DNA of 64,000 nucleotides from Alphaproteobacteria bacterium (GTDB lineage Bacteria; Pseudomonadota; Alphaproteobacteria; Bin95): NCBI GenBank assembly GCA_964291285.2, contig OZ219787.1, positions 832,001 to 896,000 of the forward strand, read 5' to 3'. Shown piece by piece: positions 53,431 to 61,530 of this stretch (position 1 is its first letter; each line of letters starts with the position of its first letter). The notes under the pieces were generated by a model. It saw only the letters and a program-made list of their open reading frames with translations, ran no database searches and was not told where the DNA came from. The position numbers and the translations under genes were made by a program.

Positions 53431-53534
53431 TTTGAGCTTGCCGGCTCGATGAACACAGAGACCGGGAGTCTGGCGCGGTGGAGTGGACCGTCTTGTTCTG
53501 GCGCAAACCGCAGAGTCGCCATCGGAGGTATCGG

Positions 53535-53846
53535 ATGCCTGATTCGCGACTGAAATCGCGTCTTCTCGTTCTCGCGGCCGCCCTCATCGTGCTCGCGCCG
53601 ACCGCCGCGTGGGCGTCGTCCGCTTGGGACCAGCAATGCAGGACGCAGTTCAACAAGAGCGATGCCGGCCGCACGTCGGGCAGCAATATCTGCTGGTGGC
53701 AGAGCGGGTCGTGGAGCGGCGGCAATTGCACGATAACGACGAAGTGCTTCGTCGGCACGCAATACAGCCTCAGCACGGTAACGGTTGGCTTGATCGAGGC
53801 CCAGAACCTGCAAAATTGTACCGGATACATCGCCTTGTCATGCTGA
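53535..53846 (+). CDS. Secreted six-Cys small protein 1
   Basis: GGAGG RBS; signal peptide ending AWA; CRTQF...C...CTITTKC...NCTGYIALSC. Confidence 0.85.
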   Translation: MPDSRLKSRLLVLAAALIVLAPTAAWASSAWDQQCRTQFNKSDAGRTSGSNICWWQSGSWSGGNCTITTKCFVGTQYSLSTVTVGLIEAQNLQNCTGYIALSC

Positions 53847-53969
53847 GTTGACGAGCCCGTTCGCGCCTGGTCCCGCGTGGAGTCCGGGGCGACAGCCCTC
53901 GTCGGGCCGCGGCGGTGTCTGGAGAGTCGTTAGGGAAGGGAATCGGGCAAAAGATAAGGAGCCGAGCCA

Positions 53970-54323
53970 ATGCCACCCATCGCCAATCGTCCGCGCGCCC
54001 GCGCTTCGCTCGCTCTGGCCGCCTTCGTGCTGGTGCTGGCCGGTCCGGCGGTCGAGGAGGCGAAGGCCCAGTCCGCCGCCACGGTGCAGAGTTGCAAGAA
54101 TGCGTGGTACAGCGCCTCCGCCCGCCCAACCTGTACGACTGTGCCGAACGACATCCTTCTGTCGAACGGCCAATGCCGCATCAAGAAGAGCTGCAAGTAC
54201 TACGGGATAGGCTCCATGGGCGTCACCCAGGCGCTGTACAAAGCCAATGACGTGACGGTTCCCCTCGCCGACGTCGACGACCTGCACAATTGCAATGGCG
54301 AACTACAGGTAGGCGCGTGCTGA
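53970..54323 (+). CDS. Secreted six-Cys small protein 2
   Basis: AAGGAG RBS; signal ending AKA; CKNAWYSASARPTC, CRIKKSC, NCNGELQVGAC. Confidence 0.88.
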   Translation: MPPIANRPRARASLALAAFVLVLAGPAVEEAKAQSAATVQSCKNAWYSASARPTCTTVPNDILLSNGQCRIKKSCKYYGIGSMGVTQALYKANDVTVPLADVDDLHNCNGELQVGAC

Positions 54324-54349
54324 CCGCCCCGGCCCGGAGGAGAGAAACC

Positions 54350-54682
54350 ATGCGAAATCTTCAAAATCCGTTGGCGGTCGCCGCCATCGCGCTGGCGCTG
54401 GCCGGTTCGGCGGTCCCGGAGGCGACGGCCCAATCCGGCGGGGCCGTCACGCAGGCGGACTGCGAGGCCGCGTGGAACAGCGCCTCCGCCAGCCTTACCT
54501 GTTCGTCGGGCAGCATCACGCTGTCGGTCGGCCAATGCCGCATCGTAAAGGAATGCCAGCACTACGAGGACACCGACGCAGGCACCTTTTTGGAGCAGAA
54601 ATCCAATGACGTGACGGTCCCCCTCGACGATGTCGGCGACCTGCACAATTGCGATGGAAATCTGTGGGTGGGCGCGTGCTGA
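54350..54682 (+). CDS. Secreted six-Cys small protein 3
   Basis: GGAGGAG RBS; signal ending ATA; CEAAWNSASASLTC, CRIVKEC, NCDGNLWVGAC. Confidence 0.88.
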   Translation: MRNLQNPLAVAAIALALAGSAVPEATAQSGGAVTQADCEAAWNSASASLTCSSGSITLSVGQCRIVKECQHYEDTDAGTFLEQKSNDVTVPLDDVGDLHNCDGNLWVGAC

Positions 54683-54752
54683 CCGGCCCGGCCGGGAGTT
54701 GCCGCTCAATACGCGGAAGAGAAAATCCATGCGAAGGAAAGGAGCCGGACCG

Positions 54753-55101
54753 ATGACATCCACCGTCAATCCATTGCGCACCCGCGCTTCGCTGGCTCCG
54801 GCCGCCTTTGCGCTGGCGCTGGCCGCGCTGGCGTTCCAGGCCGCGCCCGCCGCCGCCCAGAACGCCCCCGAGGCGCATCAGGAGGATTGCGAGAACGGCT
54901 GGGCGACCGCCCCGGCAAATGCGTCCTGCACCGCGAACACCGGCGGGGTCGTCGCACTCACCTGGGGGTGCAAGGTCTCCGGCAAGTGCCCGGACGATGA
55001 CGGAAAGTCCTCGCACACCTCCACTATCGCTGAACGTCGACCAGTTCCCGCAGCGGCGGAACTGCGACGGCGCCCTGACGATCTCGCAGTCGTCGTGCTG
55101 A
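54753..55101 (+). pseudogene. Secreted six-Cys small protein 4 (frameshift near 55029)
   Basis: Signal plus CENGWATAPANASC and CKVSGKC in one frame; LNVDQFPQRRNCDGALTISQSSC-stop in the +1 frame. Confidence 0.82.
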
Positions 55102-55122
55102 CGCAGAGAAGGAGTGGAGCCC

Positions 55123-55452
55123 ATGCCATCCGCCGCCAATCGTTCGCGCATCCGCGCTTTGCCCGTTCTGGCCGCCTTCGCGCTGGCGCTGGCCGCTCCG
55201 GTTCACGACGCGCGCGCCACCGAAGGCCCCACCCACGTGCAATGCAGTAACGCCTGGAAGACCTGTCCGGCGGCTTCGACCTGCTCCGAACAGGTGGTCA
55301 GCTCGACCGGCACGTCGTGCAAGGTCTCCGCCCTGTGCGAATCTTCTGACGGCAAGAAACAGGACACGGTCATCGAGGGGGTGGAGCTCGGCCAGTTCCC
55401 GCAATTGCGGAACTGCAACGGCGTCCTGACGGTGTCCGCATCGTCGTGCTGA
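55123..55452 (+). CDS. Secreted Cys-rich small protein 5 (7 Cys)
   Basis: AAGGAG RBS; signal ending ARA; CSNAWKTCPAASTC, CKVSALC, NCNGVLTVSASSC. Confidence 0.88.
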   Translation: MPSAANRSRIRALPVLAAFALALAAPVHDARATEGPTHVQCSNAWKTCPAASTCSEQVVSSTGTSCKVSALCESSDGKKQDTVIEGVELGQFPQLRNCNGVLTVSASSC

Positions 55453-55501
55453 CCGGCCCGGCCGGTCGCGCATTGCTGCGCCATACATGGAGGAGTCCCC
55501 G

Positions 55502-55906
55502 ATGAATTACCCGCTTCACGTCATCCGCCGTTCCTGCCTCGCCGGCGCGGTTCTTCTCGCGCTCGGTCCGGTCGGCGCGCCGGCGCTGGCCGCGCACGTA
55601 ACCGGGCCTTCGAGCCCGACCGGGTCTCCGGGCTCCGTCTCGAGTTTTCAGCTGGCCTCCGGGGCGCAGTGGACCAATCAGCGCCAGCAGGACTGGAACA
55701 TGAGTTCTGCGGACGATTCGTGCAAGAACGAGTCTTTCGTTCAGGTCTCCGGAACAAGTTGCGTGGCCGATGTTTCCGCGAAATGCAACTACGGTCATTA
55801 CGCACACAACTTCAATGACACGACAATCCGCATCGCATGCAACGGCATTTCGAACCTGCACAATTGCGACGGCAATCTGCACCACACATGGTGTCCGGCG
55901 AACTGA
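55502..55906 (+). CDS. Secreted Cys-rich small protein 6 (variant Cys pattern)
   Basis: GGAGGAG RBS; signal ending ALA; RQQDWNMSSADDSC, CVADVSAKC, IAC, NCDGNLHHTWC. Confidence 0.86.
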   Translation: MNYPLHVIRRSCLAGAVLLALGPVGAPALAAHVTGPSSPTGSPGSVSSFQLASGAQWTNQRQQDWNMSSADDSCKNESFVQVSGTSCVADVSAKCNYGHYAHNFNDTTIRIACNGISNLHNCDGNLHHTWCPAN

Positions 55907-55961
55907 AAGCGGCCGGCCCGGCCGGTCACGCATTACCGCTCGATACGCGGAGGAGTCTGCG

Positions 55962-56369
55962 ATGAATTACCCGCTTCGCGCCATCCCTCGTTCCTGCCTC
56001 GCCGGCGCGGCTCTTCTCGTTCTGTCGGCTGCCGGCCTGACCGGACGGGATGCGGCGGCGCAATCGACTTCGGGGCAGCCGGTCACCGCAGACGCGTGCA
56101 TGGAACAATGGGACCAAAGCGGCGCAAAGAACACATGCTCGAACGCCGTAATTTCAGTGCAGGCCGGGCAGTGCCGTATCGAGGCTTCATGCTATTACTG
56201 GCACAATCCGGTCAATCACGGCAATAAAGACAATAACGGGACCTACTCCCTGGCCGATGTCGCAAGCCTGATGAACTGCGACGGCTCCCTGACGGTCGGC
56301 AATTGCCCCGGACCCTCGTGGCATCAAGGAGCCGGCCACGGGGGAACACAAACACCGGGCAGCCAGTGA
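55962..56369 (+). CDS. Secreted six-Cys small protein 7
   Basis: GGAGGAG RBS; signal ending AAA; CMEQWDQSGAKNTC, CRIEASC, NCDGSLTVGNC plus a Gly-rich tail. Confidence 0.88.
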   Translation: MNYPLRAIPRSCLAGAALLVLSAAGLTGRDAAAQSTSGQPVTADACMEQWDQSGAKNTCSNAVISVQAGQCRIEASCYYWHNPVNHGNKDNNGTYSLADVASLMNCDGSLTVGNCPGPSWHQGAGHGGTQTPGSQ

Positions 56370-56467
56370 CCGCCTCGCCCGCCCGGCCGTTGCGGTCGCC
56401 GCCACCACCTCTTCGGTCGGTTATGCCGTCGCGGATTCCAACCCGATAACTCGCAAGGAGGCATGTC

Positions 56468-56827
56468 ATGCGCTACTTTTGGATTTCCCTGGCAGCCGCC
56501 GCCGTGTTCCTGTCGGCGGCGATGCCGGACGGCGCTTCGGCCAGCCAGCAGGATTGCCAGGACAAGTGGAACGCCGCTCCGGCCGCGTCCGTTTGCACCC
56601 AGAGCCTCTGGATCTCGTGGTGGCCCACCTCGGGGAGATGCAAGCTTCAGGTGGATTGCCCCGCCCCTGACGGCAGCCTCACGAGCAACACCCGCTGGAG
56701 GGAGCCGGTCTGGCTCCAGTATTTTCTGAACTGCAGCGGCGAGTTGAAATATACCTGTGCAACCGCTCCGCCTCCCGATACTCCCCCCCAGCCGCGTGAC
56801 GAAAACAGCGTCCCGGGATCCTCCTGA
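56468..56827 (+). CDS. Secreted six-Cys small protein 8
   Basis: AAGGAGG RBS; signal ending ASA; CQDKWNAAPAASVC, CKLQVDC, NCSGELKYTC plus a Pro-rich tail. Confidence 0.88.
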   Translation: MRYFWISLAAAAVFLSAAMPDGASASQQDCQDKWNAAPAASVCTQSLWISWWPTSGRCKLQVDCPAPDGSLTSNTRWREPVWLQYFLNCSGELKYTCATAPPPDTPPQPRDENSVPGSS

Positions 56828-56904
56828 TGCCGGAGAGGCGGCGTCCGTCGCTGAGATGCTCCGGAGCGGCGTCCGTTCGGGCTGAAACGGCCTCATCCCT
56901 ACAG

Positions 56905-57216
56905 CCTCAACCTGCCTGCCCCCGCGAAGGCGGGGGGCACCCCGGACTTGATCCACTGCTGTCCGGTTCAGCCATCAGGGCGAAGCCGATTGGGGTCGGC
57001 CGGGTTTCCCCCTCCCGCTGGGCGGGAGGGGTCAGGGGAGGGCCTCGCGGCGCGCGCGGACGGTTGCCGGGCTTCGCCCGCCGCCGCGCTGGACGCGGCG
57101 AACGTTACGAATGGCGGCGTTGGCGCCGCCGCCGGCCTGACGGCCGGCCCCCTCTCCCGTCCTCTCCCCGCAAGCGGGGAGAGGGGATTTGCAGCCGGCG
57201 CTACTCAGGATGAGGG
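56905..57216. repeat. Cluster of palindromic REP-like hairpins between the convergent halves of the array
   Basis: CCCCCGCGAAGGCGGGGG, CCCTCCCGCTGGGCGGGAGGG, CCTCTCCCCGCAAGCGGGGAGAGG, and GCCGGCGCTACTCAGGATGAGGG (shared with 49081-49103). Confidence 0.65.
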
Positions 57217-57232
57217 ACGCCGGCCGGTCGGG

Positions 57233-57544
57233 TCAGCACCCCGCCAGCGACAGCTCCAGGACGCCGTCGCAGTTGTGGAACGTGTGAACCACGTAATAGC
57301 CCGCCTTGACGTCGTTCTGGTGGGTGGCGATACCGTCGGACCTGGTGCAGGTCACCTTGATTCGGCATTGCTCGGTCCAGGACTGCCAGACAACGCTTGA
57401 GACGACGGTGCATGTGTCGGCGGCCTCACTGCGGTCCCACTCGGTCCTGCAGTTCTGGTTGCTGGTGGCCGAAACGCCGGCCGGCATCGCCGCCAGCAGC
57501 AGCAGCGCGGCGGCGGCCGCCAACGGGACTCGAAGCTTGCGCAT
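57233..57544 (-). CDS. Secreted six-Cys small protein 9
   Basis: GGAGGAGG RBS; signal ending VSA; CRTEWDRSEAADTC, CRIKVTC, NCDGVLELSLAGC. Confidence 0.88.
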   Translation of the reverse strand: MRKLRVPLAAAAALLLLAAMPAGVSATSNQNCRTEWDRSEAADTCTVVSSVVWQSWTEQCRIKVTCTRSDGIATHQNDVKAGYYVVHTFHNCDGVLELSLAGC

Positions 57545-57591
57545 GGATTCCCTCCTCCGGGCCGGGGCGGCAGGGACGCCGCCCGCCCGTG

Positions 57592-57894
57592 TCAGCATTG
57601 GGACAACTTCAGGAAGCCGTTGCAGTTGATGTAGTACGGGACAAAGGCCGGGGCCCTGTTGACCTGCTGGTTGTGAAAGCCGCCGGAACCCGTGTTGCAA
57701 CCCACGAAGATCGAGCATTTCCCGGAGTTCGGCCACCAGTTGATGGAGAGGTTGTGGGTGCATGAGTCGGAGGCCGAACTGGCGTTCCACTGGTTTCTGC
57801 AATGCTGGGCGCTGTTGGCCGAAGCACCGTCCGGCATCGCCGCCGACAGGAACGCGGCGGCGGCGATCGCCAACGGGAGTCGAAGGTGGGGCAC
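57592..57894 (-). CDS. Secreted six-Cys small protein 10
   Basis: GAGGAG RBS and GTG start; signal ending ASA; CRNQWNASSASDSC, CSIFVGC, NCNGFLKLSQC. Confidence 0.88.
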   Translation of the reverse strand: MPHLRLPLAIAAAAFLSAAMPDGASANSAQHCRNQWNASSASDSCTHNLSINWWPNSGKCSIFVGCNTGSGGFHNQQVNRAPAFVPYYINCNGFLKLSQC

Positions 57895-57969
57895 GAGACG
57901 TCTCCTCTTATGGGGTTTCCAGGAGCCGGAACATCTCCCGCGGCCGCAAGGGGTTCGTCGGCACGGCGT

Positions 57970-58326
57970 TCACGGGCAGGGGTAGATCTTGAGGGTCCCG
58001 TGGCAGTTCACCACGTTCTGCGCCTTGGGCCATGTGACCGTGATCGAGGACCAGTTTCCCTCGCTGTCTCCCTGCCAGCGTTCGCACCTCGCCCTGATCT
58101 TGCAGCAGCCGGCGGTGGGGACGGAGATATTCCTGTCCGTGCAGCTGTGCTGCGCCGAGCCGGAAAACCAGCCATTGTTGCAATTGATCTGGGTGGTGTA
58201 GGACGATATCGGCCCCGGACACGAGAGCGCCTGCGCGGCGCCGGGCGCCAGAACGCAAAAGGCGAGGGCGGCGAAGCCCAGCGGGACGGCAAGGACACCA
58301 CGCATCCGGATTCGCGCGAAGAACAT
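57970..58326 (-). CDS. Secreted Cys-rich small protein 11 (8 Cys in the mature part)
   Basis: GGAG RBS; signal ending AQA; LSC, CNNGWFSGSAQHSC, CCKIRARC, NCHGTLKIYPCP. Confidence 0.86.
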   Translation of the reverse strand: MFFARIRMRGVLAVPLGFAALAFCVLAPGAAQALSCPGPISSYTTQINCNNGWFSGSAQHSCTDRNISVPTAGCCKIRARCERWQGDSEGNWSSITVTWPKAQNVVNCHGTLKIYPCP

Positions 58327-58625
58327 GAGGCCACTCCCCGTCATCCGTCCGGTTCCCGCACGCGCAGGGAAACCGATTCATGAGGAAGACAGTATCGGAA
58401 TAATCGCAAACAGAATCAAGTCCCCGGGGCCGCCGACCCGGGGTTAATTCGTTCCGATGTTCTTTCCGGATGGCGGTTGTTGCGCGTGAGCCGCCGGCCC
58501 TGGAGCTACTCGATCCGCAGGTCCGCGAGGTCTGGAGAAAGCCGGCCGTTCCCGGCCGTTTTCGGTGCGCAGCCGGCTGGCTTTCCCGGACGCACCACTG
58601 GCCGCCCTTCGTCCACAGCCGCGGG

Positions 58626-60086
58626 CTAGCCGAGCAGCGCCAGCGCCTCCTGCGCGACCGGGCTCGGCGCCGCCGCGGGACCTGCGAAATAGGCCATCGA
58701 GGCGGCCAGCACCCGGTCCCGCAACGCCGACGGCGGCATTGCCCGATAGTTCTCCAGCGCGGCCTCGGTGAACTTGAACTCGTGGGCTCCTCGGCCGTAG
58801 AGGGCCAGTTGCCGGCGCGCACCCGCGCCCAGCCTGTCTGGCGAGCCGCCCCGTTGCAGGTAGCCCAATGCCTTGCGGGCTCCGGAGGCGCGGTCCCGCG
58901 GCAGTTCGGAGAATGCCTCGCGCAACGCTTCCGCGCCGTCGCCGGGGACCGCGAGAGGCTCCAGCCCGTCGATGCGCAGACCGCGCCGCGTCGCGCCGAC
59001 GCTGCGCCGGAAGGCCGGTATGAAGGCTGCCGACTGCAGGAGCGCCAGAAGCTGCGTCTCCCCGGTTCGCGCATGCCGGAATACATGGTGGAACGCGTTG
59101 GCGGATGTCAGGGCATGCACCGGGACCACCGCCGGCCGCGTCAGGACCAGTTCCGCAGCGGCGGCGAAGAGCGCCTCCCATATCGAGCCGGCGGACACCC
59201 CGCCTTTCAGGAGACCGACCGCCGCCCGGCCCGCGTCGAGCTCCGAGCCCTCGCGGAGCGTGCGGATGAACTCGTTGCGCGCCGCACCGTCCCGGCGGCC
59301 CTGTTTCCAGGTCCTGGGAACCTCTCCCAGCATCGCCCGGAACGCCCGCCAGGTCCGGTCGGGAGGCAGGTCGCCGGTGGCGGGATTCGGGCCGTAGCCG
59401 TGATTCTGGAGCGCCGCAGCCAGCGAGCGAAGCAGGGGAGCGGCGTATTCGGGCCCGACAAGCGGCAGCAGACGGTGCGCGTTCTGCACCGCGATGGCCT
59501 TGTGGCCGATCGCCCGGAGGTCCCGGATGCCGTATCGAAAAAGCACCTCGAAGAGCTGTTCCGGCGGGGCCAGCCGGGCAAAGTCGAGAACGGCAGGGTC
59601 GACGGCCTCGGCGTCCCAGCGGTCCAGCGCCTCGACCAGGCGTTGGCGGGCCGCCTCCGCCGTCCCGACAGCGGGGGCCGGCCGCGGGCCCATCGTCCAG
59701 CCGCTCCGGCGGCGCTCCGCCTCCTGGGCGCGCTTGAAATAGTCGAGCGCCCAGAATACGGGCAGCCAGCGCGCCTTGCCCTCGAGATTGAGCGCCGTCA
59801 GGTGGACGGATTGCAGCGCAAGCACCGTGTGGTACTTGAAGCCGACATGGGGGAACGGCCGGACCCGGCGCGAAGCGGCGACGGCCAGGGCGGCGAGCGT
59901 GCTGCGGCGGTCGAGGCCATCGCCGATCAGGCCCGCAAGCTCGGCGGCGACGCGTTCGCGAGGCGTTTCTTCCAGAAGGCGGTGCAGGGCGCCGGTCCCG
60001 GGAAGCGCGCTCGCCAGGCTGAGCCCGCCGCCCAGGCCGACTGCGGTTGCACTGCCGGCGGTGCGCAGGAATTTTCGACGGTCCAC
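58626..60086 (-). CDS. Tat-exported protein of unknown function with His-containing motifs
   Basis: VDRRKFLRTA twin-arginine signal; GFKYHTVL, AIGHKAI, VHALTSANA, AHEFKF. Confidence 0.75.
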   Translation of the reverse strand: MDRRKFLRTAGSATAVGLGGGLSLASALPGTGALHRLLEETPRERVAAELAGLIGDGLDRRSTLAALAVAASRRVRPFPHVGFKYHTVLALQSVHLTALNLEGKARWLPVFWALDYFKRAQEAERRRSGWTMGPRPAPAVGTAEAARQRLVEALDRWDAEAVDPAVLDFARLAPPEQLFEVLFRYGIRDLRAIGHKAIAVQNAHRLLPLVGPEYAAPLLRSLAAALQNHGYGPNPATGDLPPDRTWRAFRAMLGEVPRTWKQGRRDGAARNEFIRTLREGSELDAGRAAVGLLKGGVSAGSIWEALFAAAAELVLTRPAVVPVHALTSANAFHHVFRHARTGETQLLALLQSAAFIPAFRRSVGATRRGLRIDGLEPLAVPGDGAEALREAFSELPRDRASGARKALGYLQRGGSPDRLGAGARRQLALYGRGAHEFKFTEAALENYRAMPPSALRDRVLAASMAYFAGPAAAPSPVAQEALALLG

Positions 60087-60129
60087 GCCGCCATATATAT
60101 GCCGCGTTCGCCGCCCGGCAATCGCCTCC

Positions 60130-60921
60130 TTACTCCCCGGATTGCAGGATGAGGCCGCGGCGGCGCGCGATCTTGAAGGCGTAGGCGAAGAGCGCCACGC
60201 CGCCCGCGATATAGGCGACATTCAGCCCGATGGCCCAGAGAAACAGGTCCGTGCGGAACACGCCCTCGATCATGACCGCGCGCATGCCCTCGAAGACATG
60301 GGCGGACGGCAGGGCCAGGGCGACCGCCTGCGCCGCCTCCGGCAGCACATCGACCGGGTAATAGACCGCGCTCAGCGGCGCCAGGATGAAGATCGAGGCC
60401 CAGGCGAAGCTCTCGGCCGCGAGCCCGTAGCGGATGAGCAGCGCGCAGACCGCGAGCCCGATAGCCCAGCCGAACACCATGAGGTTGGCGAAGAAGGCGA
60501 TCAGCGGCAGGCCCAGCGAATAGATCGAGTATTCGTGGAGCAGCCAGGCAACGAGCGTCGCCGGCATCAGGCCGAGCGAGGTGCGGATCAGGCTTCCCAG
60601 CATCATCGCCGCCATGAGCTCGCCGGGCCTGAGCGGGCTCGCGAACAGCTGGCCCAGATTGCGCGCCCACATCTCCTCCAGAAAGGAGATGCTGAGCCCG
60701 AGCTGGCCGCGAAACAGCACGTCCCAGAGCAGGACGCCCGCCAGCAGCGCGCCGGCCGCATTCACCAGCCAGCTGCTGTGCTCCAGGAAGAATTTGGTGA
60801 TGAACCCCCAGAGCGCGACCTGGACGATGGGCCAGTAGGCTAGCTCGATGATGCGCGGCACCGAGCCTCTGAAGAGGTAGTAGTAGCGGGCGAGCATGGC
60901 CAGGATGCGCCCGATGCTCAT
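60130..60921 (-). CDS. ABC-2 type transporter permease
   Basis: Six hydrophobic segments; FLEEMWARNL, SAVYYPV, HVFEGMR. Confidence 0.87.
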   Translation of the reverse strand: MSIGRILAMLARYYYLFRGSVPRIIELAYWPIVQVALWGFITKFFLEHSSWLVNAAGALLAGVLLWDVLFRGQLGLSISFLEEMWARNLGQLFASPLRPGELMAAMMLGSLIRTSLGLMPATLVAWLLHEYSIYSLGLPLIAFFANLMVFGWAIGLAVCALLIRYGLAAESFAWASIFILAPLSAVYYPVDVLPEAAQAVALALPSAHVFEGMRAVMIEGVFRTDLFLWAIGLNVAYIAGGVALFAYAFKIARRRGLILQSGE

Positions 60922-60959
60922 GCCGGCCCGCGCGCTCCCGGCAGGCCAGGCCGCCCGAA

Positions 60960-61442
60960 TCACTTGCCGTTCGCTTTCTTCCAGGCGGCGATTTCCGCCT
61001 TCAGCTCGTCATATTCCTCGCAGCCGAGCAGGCATATGCGGTCCAGCTCCGCAAGGTGCTTCTCCGCGCCGGCAAGGTCTCCGAGCTGCAGGCGGAGTTC
61101 GCCCGCATATTCATGCGCGCCCTTGTGGTCGGGGTCGAGGAAGAGCGCGCGGGCATAGGCCTTCCGGGCCTGTTCGAAGCGGCCGAGCTTGCGATTGGCA
61201 TAGCCGAGCCAGTTGAAGGCGTCGGCGCTGGTGCGGTTCTTGTCGATATGGACCTCGAGGTCGGCGACGGCCTGTTCGTATTCGCCCGCCTCGATCTTCT
61301 TCTCGATGGCAGCGAGCGGGCCCGACTTGTCCCCGCCGCTGCCGCTGCCGCTGCCGAGAGCGAAGACCGTCCCCGCCATGCACAGCATCGCGGCCGCCAG
61401 TGCCCATCTGCCCAACATGCGCCTTCTCCCCGGATGTGCCAT
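60960..61442 (-). CDS. Exported tetratricopeptide-repeat protein
   Basis: Signal peptide; ADAFNWLGYANRKLG, DPDHKGAHEYAGE, C..GCEEY. Confidence 0.85.
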   Translation of the reverse strand: MAHPGRRRMLGRWALAAAMLCMAGTVFALGSGSGSGGDKSGPLAAIEKKIEAGEYEQAVADLEVHIDKNRTSADAFNWLGYANRKLGRFEQARKAYARALFLDPDHKGAHEYAGELRLQLGDLAGAEKHLAELDRICLLGCEEYDELKAEIAAWKKANGK

Positions 61443-61530
61443 CCTTCTCCAGTCTAGAGTTAGGCGGCCGGCGGCTCCGCATCAAGCGGCGCGTGCGCCG
61501 GCCGGCCTCGGAACCAAGGGGGGATGGCGG

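Noticed and set aside
53535-58326. Array as RiPP precursors, integron cassettes or DGR targets
   Set aside because: Leaders are Sec-type rather than double-Gly, and there are no modifying enzymes or C39 peptidase, attC-like sites or integron integrase, or reverse transcriptase/template repeat in the window.
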